This document shows positions 1 to 14,375 of a stretch of DNA of 64,000 bases, piece after piece (within the stretch, counting starts at the first letter, position 1; each line of letters opens with the position of its first letter). The DNA comes from Chiloscyllium plagiosum. Taxonomy: Eukaryota. The stretch is taken from contig NC_057718.1 in the NCBI RefSeq assembly GCF_004010195.1, forward strand, positions 73,779,931 to 73,843,930, in the 5' to 3' direction. Below the pieces are notes generated by a model, which saw only the letters and a program-made list of their open reading frames with translations, searched no databases and had not been told where the DNA came from. The translations under genes were made by a program, and so were the position numbers.

Positions 1-117
1 TAGAGGAATATGGGCCAAATGCAGCAAATGGGACTAGATCTATTTAGGGTATTTGTTCAGTATAGATGAGTTAGACCAAAGAGTCAGTTTCCATGCTGTA
101 CAGCTATATGACTCTAG
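1..117 (+). mobile_element. CR1/HER1 LINE 3' end fragment
   Basis: Ends in the same tail (gtttccatgctgtaca...tatgactcta) as the CR1 at 48062-49285. Confidence 0.8.
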
Positions 118-991
118 AAACCTGGGGAAGAGAGAGACAACTCCATCAACTTGATGTAAGGAAAAAGAAAGTAAAAGCAAGGAGACCAAGGGAAGAATAC
201 ATGTAGAAAAAAAAACAGGCCTACAGTTTGGTGTGGGGGGCCTGTGAATGGACTGGTGGTCACCGAAGCTTAAACAACTGCACAGTGGTGTAAGATTTGA
301 AATAGTGCTAGTTGTATTATGCTTTGGGATCATAACCCCCTCTTCAGAATTATGCCCATCTAAAAATCTGAAATACTATTGCCAACTGATGGGGAAAGTC
401 ATGAGGGATTTCCTGGCCAAGTTCCAGGAGCAAGACAACTAGGGAATCTGGAATGAAAATGAAAACCAAATAAAGCGGACCTGACAAAAGAAGGAAATAG
501 GAGGTAAGGCACTTGGGGCAATAGATTGGGATAGGAGAAATAGCAGGAACTGCTGCCTAGAAACAGGTAGATTTAGAAAGTATGTGGGGGCACAAAGAAA
601 TCACCAGGAGGTAACTGAATGCATTACTATCTAGAACAAACAAATGTTAATTTCATTCAGCACCACTCTCATTAGACCCTTGCAACTTGAACAATTCAGG
701 GAAACATCTTGAATCTTCTTTGAAAACAGAAACAAAGTCCTTATTGAACGTCACTGCCATTTCTCCATTTCCTATTACATGTTCTCAGGTCTCCGCTAAT
801 AATGGACCCACAATTCTCTTTGCTAATTTTTTTCCTTTTTCACATACCTGTCATACCTGTTGAAGATATTACAAATTCTTTGAATGTTTCTTACTATGTA
901 TATTCATATTCTATTCTCTCTTTCTGTAAAAATTCCGTTATACCCTTTTGTTGAATTCTAGAATTCTTCCTATCTTCAGGCTTCCAACTTT

Positions 992-1397
992 TTGGAAAGA
1001 CTGAGACACTTGGGGCTGTTTTCATTAGAGAAAAGAAGGTTTAGGGGTGACTTGATTGAGGTGTACAAGATGATTAGGGGGTTAGATAGGGTTGACAGTG
1101 TGAACCTTTTCCCGCTTATGGAGTCGGGTATTACAAGGGGGCATAGCTTTAAATTAAGGGGGGGTAGATATAGGACTGAAGTTGGGGTAGGTTCTTCACT
1201 CAGCGAGTCGTAAGTTCATGGAATGCCTTGCCAGTAGCAGTGGTGGACTCTCCCTCTTTATGGGCATTTAAGCGGGCATTGGATAGGCATATGGAGGATA
1301 GTGGTCTCGTGTAGGTTAGGTGGGCTTGGATCGGCGCAACATCGAGGGCCAAAGGGCCTGTACTGCGCTGTATTCTTCTATGTTCTATGTTCTATGT
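992..1397 (+). mobile_element. 5'-truncated CR1 LINE 3' end
   Basis: ORF RLRHLGLFSLEKRRFRGDLIEVYK...TRGHSFKL is the CR1 ORF2 C-terminus; (ttctatg)n tail; CpGs retained. Confidence 0.9.
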
Positions 1398-1423
1398 TTT
1401 TAGCAACGTTATAAACATCTCCC

Positions 1424-4400
1424 TGTTGTGATTGTAACAAGATAAGCCAGGTGGACCTCACAGAATATGAGTTCCCTAATTGGGGCTGTTAATCTAGTCC
1501 AATCAGGGAGCCCTGGCTGACAGATAAAAAGAGGAAATTGAGCTGGCTTTGAACAAGTTGGAACAATGTCAAGGACTTCCCACATGTAAATAAAGGATGA
1601 CTTGGTGACGGGATACCAGCCTTCAGTGGAATTATTACAGTGCCAACGAGAGTGGGATGTTCCTGGCGAAACTCGCTCGCAAAGGTCATCTTTGAGTTTG
1701 GATAAGCGTTATAGACATCATGCTGTTATTTAGAGAGCTTGACTTGTTCAACATTGCCATCGAAGACTGGGCCTTGAAAATGGAAAGAATGCATTATTCT
1801 TTTCCAGGCAAATAACATTGGGGCAGATGAAAAGCAATAAGTAATTCACCTGTTAGATTGTGGGTCCACAGCTTTTTTAATTATTAGAAGCCTAATTGCC
1901 TCAGAGGCACCAAACACAAAAACCTTTCAAACATTGATGGATTAGTTCAGGAATATTACGACCTCAACTCTCCTGTAATTCTGAGACACTACTCGGCAAG
2001 TTGAGAATCGGGGAATCTGTGTCAGAATTTTTGATGAGGTTAAAACGACTGGCAGAGGCACGTGATATTAGTTTAACCCTTAATGAGATGCTGAGAGATT
2101 GGTTGGTATGTGGGATTAATGATGTAATCATGCAAATGTGCCTACTAGTTGAAGCCCAAAAGGATTTCAAACAAGCAATACAACTGGTTTTATCATTGGA
2201 AAATGTGGCAAATGGAGCATTTGAGTTTCAGGGTATTCCAATAGAAGTGGACACCCTTGCCAGTCTAAGGTTGGGGAACACCACTTGAGTGAAGAAAATT
2301 GCATAACCTCACTCAGGACATATGTTGAACAGAGGGATTCTGAGTCAGCCCAAAGCAATACCCCAAAACAAAGCTAAGGTTCAACCAAATGATTAAAATT
2401 TGTGTCTGGATCCATGCCAGCAAGCCATTGTCATTACTGCCGGTCTATTGACTTGAGACTGCAAAGGAGTCCCATTTGGCCAAAATTGAGTAAGAGAACT
2501 TACAGGCCAATCCAGGAGACTGCACACTCTGGAAAGTCCACCTACATCTGGTTTAGAACAGCAAATTGCTTAGCAATATCTAAATCAGAAATCAAAATAA
2601 TTTCTGATTAAAAGGTCCTAATGGAGGTCCTAAAACCAGTGCAGTTGTTTCTGTGATCGCAGAACCAATCATCAACAAAATTCGCTCTGGACTCCAACCC
2701 TTAACTTTGCTCAAGACTATGAATGTATACTGGGGAACCATTACAGATTAAGGGTACAACTTCCGGTGTCTTATGACAAGCAGCTGATTCAGTTACCACT
2801 GATTGTAGGAAAAGGCTTGTACCCAAGCTTGATGGGGCAAAATTGATTGACAAAGTCACCTAGAATGGCTCAACATTTTTTGATTAGAAAATGGCTGCTT
2901 CAGTGAAGTTTTAATTAAATACCAAGAAATCTTGCTGTAAGGTCTAGGACTATCATAGGAGCCAAGGCCAACTTGCATGTCAACTAGAACGTAATTCCAC
3001 AATTCTGCAAGGCCCCCCAGTGCCATTTGCCTCTCTGGCAAAATTGGAGGCAGAAATCAGAAGGCTGGAAAGAGAAGGAATCATCAAACCAATCCAGTTT
3101 GAGAAATGGGCAGCACTGGTCATACCGATTTTGAAAACTGATGGGTTGGTTTGCCTTTGTGGGGATTTAAAAACAGTAAACTGCTCTTTGGAGCTGGATA
3201 AATTCCCACTCCTTCATATAGAGGATTTATATGGGGGGGTAGTGGTAGTTCAGTGGTTACCACTGCTGCCTCACAGCACCAGGGACCCAGATCTGATTTC
3301 AGCCACCGGTGACTGTCTGTACAGAGTTTGCATATTCTCCCCCTGCCTGTATGGATTTTCTCTGGGTGCTCAGGTTTCCTCCCACAATCCAAAGATGTGC
3401 AGGTCAGGTGAATTGGCCATGTTCAGGAATGTGTAGGTTAGGTGCATTATTCAGGGGAAATGTAGATCAATAGGATAGGGGAATGGGTCTGGGTGGGTTA
3501 CTGTTCAGAGGGTGTGTGTGGATTTGTTGGGCTGAAGGGCCTGTTTCCACAAAGTAGGGATTCTATTCTATTCTAAGCTGTCGGTGGGGTGTTGGGGGGG
3601 GGGGGGCGTGGTGTCCTTCATGAAGCTGGACATGAACCATGTACACTTGCATTTACATGAGAATCCCCAGAAGTATCTACAATTAATCTCTATAAAGGTT
3701 TGTACCAATATGCAAGACAGTCATTTAGGGTCATCAGTCTTTGCAATTTTTCAGCAGATGATAGAGACCATTTTACAGGGTCTACCACAGTTCGCCATTT
3801 ATCCAGATGATGTGCTAATACAGGGAAGACCAAAATGTGGACATAGTCCTTAGATGATTCTCCCAGGCAGGGAGAAGGGAAAAATGTGTGTTTCAGCATC
3901 CCAAGTGACCTACCTGGGCTGCAGAGTTAACAAGACGGAGTTACACCCATTGGCAGATAAAATGAGGGTTATCAAAGGTGTCCCAGCTCCCATGTCTGTA
4001 TTGGAGCTTAAGTCTTTCCTAGGAATGGTGAATTATTAAGGAAAATTCATACATAGCCTACCCTCTAATCTGGCACCTTTGCATCAACTCCCAAAAAAGT
4101 GTCAGCCTTGGAAAAGTCATGTAGCCAAGCCATAGCTTTCAGGGATATGAAGAAACAGCTATTATTCTCTAAGGTGTTGGCACACTATGATACCAAGTGA
4201 AATATGGTATTTACATGCAATGCCTCCCTGTACCGTATTGGGATAGTATTAGCTCATTGGTGGGCCAATGGAGAGGAACACCTCTCCACTGCATCCAGGA
4301 TTTTGGCAAATGCAGAACGTAAATATGCCCAGATAAAGAAGGACAGTTTCAAGGTCATATTTGGTGTCAGGAAGTTCCACCAATATCTTTATGGATATAA

Positions 4401-5423
4401 ATTTGTTATAATAATGAACCACAAACCCCTACCAGGTCTACTTAAAGAGGACAATTCAGTGCCAGCCATAGCTTCAGGCTGAAAACATGGACTATAATAC
4501 TAAGTACGTATAAAGTTAAAAAACTGTCCGGGAGGCCACATGGTAAATGTGGATGCATTGAGCCACCACCAACGATAAGATACACGACTGGTGGTACTGG
4601 AAACTCCGTAATGGTTTCCAATTTTCTGGACACTTTCAGTCACATCTGACGATATCAGACTCTGGATGTAGAAAGATCCAGTCTTGCCAAAAATGAAACA
4701 ACTGGACATGATGTGGCAAGTGAGAGAGACTGATACTGAGGGGAGACGAAGTTTAGTGTAGGAACCGCAAAAATGACTCCGCATACAAAACAGGCTTGGT
4801 TAACACAAGATGGTCAACACTTGTGATGAAATAAGTTTGGATAGGAGCAAACATTAATGTGGGCTATCTGAAAGCCATGAACTCACAAACAGTGTGGAAG
4901 CAAAATGTGCCCTGCTCCGTGGAACAGTTGGAAACACTATCGGAACCCAATGGACTCTCCTTCTCGTCAAGGGTTGAAGAGACCTCTGAATCTTAGACTG
5001 GACAGAGTGGCTCTCACCAGATCAATGCCTTTGCTACTAGAAGACAGTGAATTTCTCCTGAGAAGCTCCAGGCACAAGAGGCAAGCTCCTGTGTGATACA
5101 TGCTGCCTGTATCCAACACAGAGTCAGTGGAACGTGATCCAGTACCAGGAGGCGTTATAAGAGAAAGGACTTTGAACTCAGAGGGGGAGGGATGTAGTGA
5201 TTGTAGCAAGGTCATCCAGGTGGACCTCATAGAATGATTTCCCTGATTGAGGCTGATAATCTGGTCAAATCAGGGAGCTCTGGCTGACAGATAAAGAGGA
5301 GTATCAGACATTCTGACAGTCTGTGAACTGGCTCTGAGGGAGCTAGACCTGTATCAGGGATTTCCCACATATAAATAAATTATGACTTGGTGATGCGGTA
5401 AAAACTTCTGTAGAATTACTTCA
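1424..5423 (+). mobile_element. Decayed Ty3/Gypsy LTR retrotransposon with both LTRs
   Basis: TG...CA LTRs at 1424-1639 and 5193-5423; PBS-like gtgccaacgag at 1640; PPT agagggggaggga at 5180-5192; gag (EMLRDWLVCGIND), RT (LKSFLGMVNY) and RNase H (AERKYAQI) remnants; integrase largely deleted; imperfect TSD ctccc/ctttc. Confidence 0.9.
3233..3574 (+). mobile_element. HE1-like V-SINE inside the Gypsy RT
   Basis: tRNA-like head (cagtggttaccactgctgcctcacagc), V-core (ggtttcctcccacaatccaaagatgtg), CR1-like tail. Confidence 0.88.
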
Positions 5424-5679
5424 CTTTCATGAATCTAATATTATCTTTAATTTCCCTTGTTGGCAATGAGATGCTTGCATTTCCTATTGAGTACTTCTTA
5501 CTGATAGGAATTTGAAAATCCAGGATTCATTCTTTTTAAATACTAATACCTAACAACTGTCAAACCCTTTAATGTATTTTTTTCAATCCATCACAGGCAA
5601 TTTCTTTCTCATACCTTCGATAATTGCTCTGTTTAGATTTAGAACCTTGATTTAAATTGAACCACACTTTTTTTAAAAC

Positions 5680-7780
5680 ACAGAATCACAAAAGTGATAT
5701 GGCACCGGAGGAGTCAATTTGCCAAAAATGCCTGCACTGCCTTGTTAAATGAGATTAGTACTTAGTGCCAATATCCTGCTTTTCCCCATATTCTTGCACA
5801 CTATCTTTGACCAAATAATCATCCAATCCCTCTTGAATGCCTCAATTGAATCTGCCTATGCCACAATTTCAGGCAGCACATTTCCATTGCCTAACTACTC
5901 ACTAAATGTAGATGTTTTTCCTCAATTCTCTCTTGCTTAATTTGGAGATCACTTTAAATCTATGCCTCTTGTTCTTGTACAACAAGCATGAACAGTTCCT
6001 CCATATATACATTTTTCAGTCCCCTCATGATTTTGAAAACCTCCAGCAGATCTCCTCTTAGATTTCTTCTCTCCAAAGGAAACAGTCCCAATTTCCTCAA
6101 TCCAATCCCATAACTTAAGCTTCTCATCCCTGGAGCCGTTCTTGTAAACTGCTTCTGCATTCACTCCAATACATTCATATCCTTCTTACAATGCGAAGCC
6201 CTGAACTGTACACATTGCTCCAGCATTATGTAAGTTCAACATCACCTCCTCATTCTTGTACTAAACCTGGGATGGCAAGACTAATGCATCAAGACAGACT
6301 GGATCGGTTCAGATGACATTGACTGGAATTTAGAGGAAAGAGGGAAGATCTCATAGAAACCTATAAAATTCTAAACGTAGTAGACAGGGTAAATGTAGGA
6401 AGGATGTTCCCAATGACCAGGAAGTCCATAACTAGGGGTACAGTCAAAGTATACGAGCCATTTAGGACTGAGACAAAAAGAAATTTCTTTACCAAGAAAG
6501 CAGTGAGCCTATTCTCTACCACTGAAAATGGTTAAGACCAATATATTGAATATTTTCAAGAAGGAGTTAGATATACAGTAGTTCTTAACGCTAAAGGGAT
6601 CAAAGGGTATGGAGAGAAAACAAAAACAAGATGCTAAGTTACATGATCAGCCATGAGTATGTTGAATGACGTTGCAGGTTTGAAGGACTGGTTGACCTAA
6701 TATGCTCCTATTTTTGAAGTTTCTTTGTACTCTATGCCTCTATTAATAAAGTGGAGAATACTGTACATTTACTTACTGCTCTGTCTACCTCTCCTGCAAC
6801 CTTCAATGATCTGTGCACATATACATCTCTGTGCTACACCCCTACTCAGAATTGTAGCCCGCATTTTATGTTGCCTTTCAATGTTCTTCCTACCAAAATG
6901 TATCGCCTCACAACTCTGCATTGATACTCATCTGCCTCCTATCTTCCTATTCCATCAACTCATCTATATCTTCTGGAATTCTACATTGTCCTCCTCAGAG
7001 CTTGCAATTCTTCCAAGTTTTGTATCTTCTGCAAACTTTGAAATTGCCCCCTGTACACCAAGATATGTTTTTAATAAATGTCAGTAAAAGCAAGGTTTCC
7101 AATGCTGACACCTGAGGAACTCCACCACAAAACCTTCTCCAGTCCGAAAAATATCCATTGATGAACACTCTGTTTCCTTTCATTCATCCAATTTTGTATC
7201 TTTTTGCTACTGTCCCTTTTATTCTATAACCTATAATTTTCCTCTCAAGTCTGTTTTCTGGCACTGTATGTAGCATCTTCTGAAATTCATGTACAGCACA
7301 TCAAAAGTATTACCCTCATTGAGCCTTCTGTTACCTTTTCAAAAAGCTCCAGCAATTTAGTTTAAAATGATTTCATCTTCTGACTCTTCCTAATCAACCC
7401 ACCATTTTCCAGGTAACTACTAATTCTACCCTGAATAAATGTCTCTCAAAACCTCTCCACAACTGCAAATATTGATCTGTAATTGCTGTGCTTCTCCTTA
7501 TAACCTTTCATGAACAAGGCTGTAATGTTTGTAATTTTTCAATCTTCTGACATCTTCCCAGTCGAAGGAAACTGAAAGATTGTGGCCAATATGCCCGCAA
7601 TTTCCACTCTCACTTTATTTAAAATCCTTGAATGCATCTCATCCAAACCCATGTCTTTTCAACTTTGAGTATCAACATTCTATCCAACATTTCTACCCTA
7701 TCAATTCTGAACCCTTCTATTGACTAAGTTTCTTCCTCTATCAGCGTTGCCTGACGAGTATGTCTTTTTTTGATAAAGAC
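5680..7780 (-). mobile_element. CR1 LINE 3' portion, interrupted at 6263-6724
   Basis: Minus-strand frames LRKLGLFPLERRNLRGDLLEVFKIM and RVFINGYFSDW...GVPQ. Confidence 0.85.
6263..6724 (+). mobile_element. CR1 3' fragment nested in an antisense CR1
   Basis: DLIETYKIL-like remnant; flanked by TSD ttgtact (6256-6262 and 6725-6731). Confidence 0.8.
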
Positions 7781-8688
7781 CCATAAAATCATAGAGTCAT
7801 ACAACATGGGAACAGACTTCTCAATCCAACTCATGCATGCCAACCAAGTATGGTAAACTGAGCCAATCCCATTTGCCCTAATTTGGCCCTTGTCCCTCCA
7901 AACCTTTCTTGTTCATGTACCTGTCCAAATGTCTTCTAAATGTTCTAATTGTACCCCCCTCTATCACTTCCTCTGACAGCTCACTTCATACATGGTCCAC
8001 CCTCTGAATGAAAAAGTTATCTGTGAGGTCCTTTTTAAAGCTTTCCCCTCTCACCTTAAACCTATGCCCTCTAATTTTGGACTCTTCTACCCTGGCTATT
8101 CACCTTATCTATGCCCCTCATTATTTTGTAAATTCGAATAAGGTCCACCCCTCAAGTTCCAAGGAAAAGAAGTCCCAGCCTCTCCAGCCTCTCCTTTTAA
8201 CTATCCCTCCTTATAAACCTTTTTGCACCCTTTCCAGTTTAATAATATCCTCCCTATAGCAAGGTGACCAGAACTGTACACAGTACTCCAAAAGTGAGTA
8301 ACCAATACCCTGTACAACCTCAACATGACTCCTACAATCAATGGTCTACACAATGAAGGCTAGCATGCAAAACACCTTCTTAACCAACCTGTCTACCTGT
8401 GATGCAACTTTCAAAGCACTATGGACCTGAAACCCTAAGTGTCTCTGTTCAATAACATTCATCAGGGCCCTACCATTAATTGTATAGGCCCTGCCCTTGA
8501 TCATTTTACCCAAATGCAATACCTCACATATATCCAAATTAAACTCCATCTGCCACTACTCAGCCCATTGGCCGAATTGATCAAGATCCCTGTGTAATCT
8601 TAGAGGATCTTCTTCACTGTCGACTATAACACCAAGTTTGGTGTCATCCGCAAGTTTACTAACCACGCCTCCTAAATTCTCATCCAAA
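7781..8688 (-). mobile_element. CR1 LINE 3' fragment
   Basis: MEFNLDICEVLHLGK frame and catagagtcat tail. Confidence 0.85.
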
Positions 8689-11600
8689 TAGAGTCATAGT
8701 TTGTACAGCACAGAAACTGACCCTTTGGTCCAACTCATCCATGCCGACCAGTTATCCTAACCTAATCTACTCTCATTTGCCAGCTCTTGGCCCATATCAC
8801 TCTAAACCCTTCTTATTCATATATACATCCAGAAGCTTTTTAAATGCTGCAATTGTACCAGCCTCCACCACTTTCTCTGGCGGTTCATTCCATACCCGCA
8901 CCACCCTCTGCGTGAAAATGTTGGCTCTTGGGTCCCTTTTATATCTTTCCCCTCTTAACCTAAACCTATGCCCTCTAGTTCTGGACTCCCCAGGAAAAAG
9001 ACTGTCTGTTTATCCTATCCATGCCCCTCATAATTTTATAAACCTTTATAAGATCACCCCTCAGCCTCTGATGCTCCAGGGAAAACAGCCTCAGCCTGTC
9101 CCTATAGCTCAAATCCACCAATCCTGGCAACATCCTGGTAAATCTTTCCTCAACCCTTTCAAGTTTCACAACACACTTCCAATAGGAAGGAGACCAGAAT
9201 TGCATGCAATATTCCAAAAATGGCCTAACCAATGTCCTGTACAACAACAACATGACCTCCCAACTCCTATACTCAATGCTCTAACCAATAAAGGAAAGCA
9301 TACCAAATGTATTCTTTACTGTCCTTTCTACTTGCAACTCTACTTTCAAGGAATTATGAACCTGCACGCCCAGGTCTCTTTGTTCAGCAACACTCGCTAG
9401 GGCCTTATCAGTAAGTGTGTAAGTCATGCTCTGATTTACTTTTCTAAAATGTAGCATCTCACATTTATTTAAACTCAATCTGCCACTCCTCAACCCATTG
9501 ACCCATCTGATCAAGATCCCATTGTAATCTGAGGTAACCTTCTTCGCTGTCCGCTACACCTCCAATTTTGGTGTCATCTGCAAACTTACTAACTATACCT
9601 TCTACGTTCACAACTTGTCATTTATATAAATGACAAAAAGTAGTGGACCCAGCACTGATCCTTGTGGCACACCATTGGCCTCCAGTCTGAAAAGCAACCC
9701 TTCACCACCACCCTCTGTCCTCTACCTTTGAGTCAGTTCTGTAACCAAATGGCTAGTTCTCCCTATACTCCATGGGATCTAAACTTGCTAACCAGCCTCC
9801 CATGGGGTACCTTGTCAAATGTCCACCGGTCTGCCCTCATCAATCCTATTTGCTACTTCTCCAAAAAACTTCTTCAAATTCAAGTTCGTGAGACATGATT
9901 CCCCATGCACAAAGCCATGCTGACTATCCCTAATCAATCCTTGCCTTTTCAAATACAAAGGAACCTCGATTATCCGGCATTCAATTATCTGAATATCAGA
10001 TTATCCGGCAAGATTGCAAGATCCCGATGCTTGGCTAAACTATGTTATCCAACATTCCATTACACGGAATTTGATTAACCAAATGAAATACTCCCCACCC
10101 ATGTCCTTCAGATAATCGAGTTCCTCTACACATGTAAATCCTGTCCTTCAGGATTCCCTTCAACAACTTGCACACCACCGATGTCAGGCTCGCCAGGCTA
10201 TACTTCCCTTGCATTTCCTTACCAACTTTCTGAAATAGTTGCACTATGTTAGTCAACATCCAGTCTTCTGGTACCTCATCTGTGACGATCGATGATACAA
10301 ATATCTCAGCAAGAGGCCCAGCAATCACTTCCCTAGCTTCCCAAAGAGTTCTGGGGTACATCTAATCAGGTCCTGTTGATTTATCCACTTTTATGCATTT
10401 CAAGACATTCAGCACCCCTTCCACTGTAATATGGACATTTTTCAAGATGTCACCAACCATTTCCCCACATTCTATACCTTCTATGTCCTTCTCCACAGTA
10501 AACACTGATGCAAAATACTCATCTCCTGCGGTTCCACACATAGGCTGCCTTGCTGATCTTTGAGGGGTCCTATTCTCTCCCTAGTTACCTTTTTATCCTT
10601 AATGTATTTATAAAAACCCTTTGAATTCTCCTTAATCCTATTTGCAAAAACTATCTCACGTCCTCTTCTTGCCCTCCTGATTTCCCTCTTAAATGTACTC
10701 CTACTGCCTTTATATTCTTCTAAGGATTTCCTCGATTCCTCCTGTCTATACCTGACATATACTTCATTCTTTCTCTTAACCAAAACCTCAATTTCTTTAG
10801 TCATCCAGCATTCCCTACACCTTCCAGCCCTTCCTTTCACTCGAACAGGAATATACTTTCTCTGGACTCGTTTTCTCATTTTTGAAGGCTTCCCATTTTC
10901 CAACCGTCCCTTTACCTGTGAACATCTGCCCCCAATCAGCTTTTGTAAGTTCTTGCCTAATACCCTCAAATGTAGCCTTCCTCCAATTTAGAACTTCAAC
11001 TTTTAGATCCGGTCTATCCTCTTCCATCACTATTTTAAAACTAATAGAATTGTGGTTGCAGGCCCCATTGACACCTCAGTCATCTGCCCAACCTTATTTC
11101 CCAAGAGTAGGTCAGGTTTTGCACCTTCTCTAGTTGGAACATCCCTATACTGAATCAGAAAATTTTATTGAACACACACTTAACAAATTCCTCTCCATCT
11201 AAACCATTAACACAATGCAGTCCCAGTCTATGTTTGTCGACAGCCTTGATTCTGACACCAAGGAGACAACACACTATTCTGATTGTTGCTGGCCGCAGAA
11301 ACATCTGTCTGTGCCTCTGCCTAGAGAGTCCCCTATCACAATCAATCACTCGGAACCTGACTTATCCCTCATTCCATTAACGTCTGTCTTGATAGCAGAA
11401 ACTTGACTGTTTGTGCTACATTCCCCTGAGAGCCCATCACCCCCTAAATTTTCCAAAACAGCATACTTGTTTGAAATGGGGATAGCCACAGAAGACTCCT
11501 GCACTACTTGCTCTTCCATCCTACTTTTCCTGCTGTTAATCCATCTACCTGATTGTATGTGCGGCCTTTCTCCTTTCCTAAAACTGCCATCCATCACACC

Positions 11601-12090
11601 CCCTAGCTCTTGTAAATTCCTCAATGCCTCTAACTGTCGCTCCAACCGATCCGATAGGATTTGCAACCAAGCAGACTTCCTGCAGACATAATTATCAGTG
11701 ACATGGAAACTCTTCCTAAACTCCCACATCCAACAGGAAGAGCATATCACTCTACTAAAGGCTTTTTTTGCTCCTTCACAATCTTAGAACCAGAAAATAG
11801 CACTGTCTTTTTGCTCTAAAAAAGTGCTCCAGGCTAACTTAGTACTTATGGTTTATATTTTTAAAATTTAATCAAGAGACAGATTTCAATAAAACATATA
11901 ATCAAGAAAGAACTCACTCTACACACTGTTGCAGACTTATGGCAAGTTTACACATTAAAAACCACGCATTTATCTGTTCCTATGCGATGAACTCTCCCAC
12001 ACAAGTTCCTCCAAGGTCAGCTGTGAATTTCGTTGTTTGTTCATTTTTCCTAGACACACCCTGATGTCCAAGGATACATGAACTCAAACT
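8689..12090 (-). mobile_element. Internally deleted, near full-length CR1 LINE (5' region, ORF1, ORF2)
   Basis: ORF1 N-terminus MICSSCWMWE (11346-11750); ORF2 pieces VEVLNWRKATF, PRTLWEAREVIAGPL, LVRPFLEYC; many stops and frameshifts. Confidence 0.9.
9956..10128. mobile_element. pogo/Tigger-like MITE
   Basis: Terminal inverted repeats caaaggaacctcgattatccg ... cagataatcgagttcctcta; inserted at a TA of the CR1, which resumes after it. Confidence 0.8.
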
Positions 12091-13011
12091 CAAGCGGATC
12101 CAGCACCAATCCCTGCGGAACACTGCTGATCACAGGCCTCCAGTCCAAAAAAGACTCTCCACCCACCATCTGTCTCCTACCATCAATTGATGTTATTTTC
12201 TTTAAATAGTAGAATTTAGGAGTTCTCTGTCACTCATATTTTAATAGATAGCAAGGCGAGCTTTTCTGGGTGTTTGTTACAAATAATAGAGGGGTTCGCC
12301 TCTGTGTTATAACAGTTTGAGGGTTTGTTTTCCAAGATTTGTTCAGGTTTAGACAGATCCACTCAGGGATTTGGACAGATTTGGGATACAAAAGATTTCA
12401 GCAGATTTAAACACTTGGTGATTAGTGTCCTAGATGTTTAAACAAAACTTTGGTGAGACAATTTGTTTAATTTCAATCCCTTTAAATTACAAGAGAAATG
12501 GCTCTTAAGATTGCTAAAGAGATTCGGGGGTTTGAAGATGCCAAATTTGCAAAGTTTAGAAAGACAGATGAAGGATATACTTTTAGAAGTAACCAATAGG
12601 TTAGAACTAGGTTTAACCAGGGACAAAAGGAAAGCTGAAACTGTTAATGGAGTTGGTTAAGCACTCAGGTGTATCAGAGAAACAGACAAGTGCAGTACAG
12701 TTCGAAAAACTTCAATTGCAATTGAGGCAACTGAAGTTAGAAGATAAAGGAAGGGAAAGAAGAGCCATGTTAAAGGAAAAGAAAGAGAGAGAAGGCTGTT
12801 CACTGAGCAAACAGAAAGAGAGAGAGAATAGAAAGGAAGAGACAATTTGAACTCCAGAAGTTGTGAATTAGTCAGGAAAGTCAAGTTAACAGGATGGAGA
12901 TGAAGGGAGAAGGTAAGATGTCGAAGCCTTCTTTATTTCATTTGAAAAATTGGCTAGGCAAAACGAGTGGCCAGAGAGGCCAGAGAACGTGTGGGCAGTG
13001 CTAATTCATAC

Positions 13012-13905
13012 TATGGATGTGGGTTTGCTCGCTGAGCTAGAAGGTTCATTTTCAGACGTTTCATCACCATACTAGGTAACATCTTCAGTGGGCCTCCGGA
13101 CAAAGCACTGCTTGTGTTTCCTGCTTTCTATTCATATTTTTGGGTTTCCTTGGGTTTGTGATGTCATTTCCTGTGGCGACATCATTTCCTATTATTTTTC
13201 TCAGGGGTGGTAAATGGGATCCAAGTCAATGTGTTTATTGATAGAGTTCCAGTTGGAATGCCATGCTACAAAGAGTTCTCGTGCGTATCTCTGTTTGGCT
13301 TGTCCTAGGGTGGATGTGTTGTCCCAGTCGAGGTGGTATCCTTCCTTATCTGTATGTAAGGATACTAGTGAGAGAGGATCATATTGTTTTGTGGCTAGTT
13401 GATGTTCATATATCTTGGTGGATAGTTTTCTGCCTGTTTGTCCAATGTAGTATTTGTTACAGTTCTTGCACAGTATTTTGTAAATGACATTAGTTTTGCT
13501 TGTTGTCTTTCAAGTTGATTAGCTGCTGTTTTAGTGTGCTGGTGGGTTTGTGGGCTACCATGATGCCAAGGGGTCTGAGTAGTCTGGCAGTCATTTCCGA
13601 GATGTCTTTGATGTAGGGGAGAGTGGTTAGGGTTCCTGGACATGTTTTGTCTGCTTGTTTGGGTTTGTTGTTGAGAATTCGGCAGACTGTGTTCATTGGG
13701 TACCCAGCCTTTTTGAATACACTGTATAGGTGATTTTTCTCTGCTCTGTCGTAGTTCCTCTGTGCTGCAGTGTGTAGTGGCTCATTGAAATAATGTCCTA
13801 ATGCAAATTCGTTTGTGGATGTTGGGATGATTGCTTCTGTAGTTCAATATTTGGTCCAAATGTGTTGTTTTCCTGTAGACACTGGCTTGAAGTTCCGCAT
13901 TGGAA
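13012..13905 (-). mobile_element. Penelope-like element 3' fragment
   Basis: Frame TLPYIKDISEMTARLLRPLGIMVAHKPTSTLKQQL is typical of the PLE RT to GIY-YIG linker; pLTR with degenerate hammerhead motif at 13053-13092. Confidence 0.85.
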
Positions 13906-14375
13906 AGAAGTTACAATTTTGAGACATACATGATCTAATCATCTCGAATAGTAAGAGATGAAATTATTTGCACTCTTTCTGACATGTTACCCAAGAGTGG
14001 TAATTAGTGGAATAGATGGACAGAAATTTAGCATTCCACTGTGTACGTTCAGGTTTGCGAGCCGAAACAAGACTGGGGAAGTAACAGTGGGAGTGATTGA
14101 CTGAGTGTCAGTTCCAGGAATTCAGTTTGTTTTTGGGAACTTCCTAGCAGGAATCAAGATGGGAATGACATCTCTTGTGGTGGTGAAGCCAAAGGAAAAC
14201 CAGAGAACCGGGGAGTTAAAAGACAAATACCCTGGAATTTTTCCAGACTGTGTAGTAACAATATCCCACTGTCACAAAGCAAAAAAGAAAAACTAAAGAG
14301 AAATATGAATGAGTTGGGGTTCAGTTAGCTGACACCCTGTTTGATGTAGTGATAAAGGAAAAACCTAACCAAGTA

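Larger units (their letters stand above)
690..5660 (-). mobile_element. Old CR1 ORF2 remnant split by a younger CR1 (992-1397) and a Gypsy element (1424-5423)
   Basis: Pieces at about 690-991, 1398-1423 and 5424-5660 read as one degenerate antisense CR1-like stretch; boundaries approximate. Confidence 0.5.

Noticed and set aside
8741..9400. 219-aa ORF on the + strand
   Set aside because: Antisense shadow of CR1 ORF2; similar frames recur opposite other CR1 copies.
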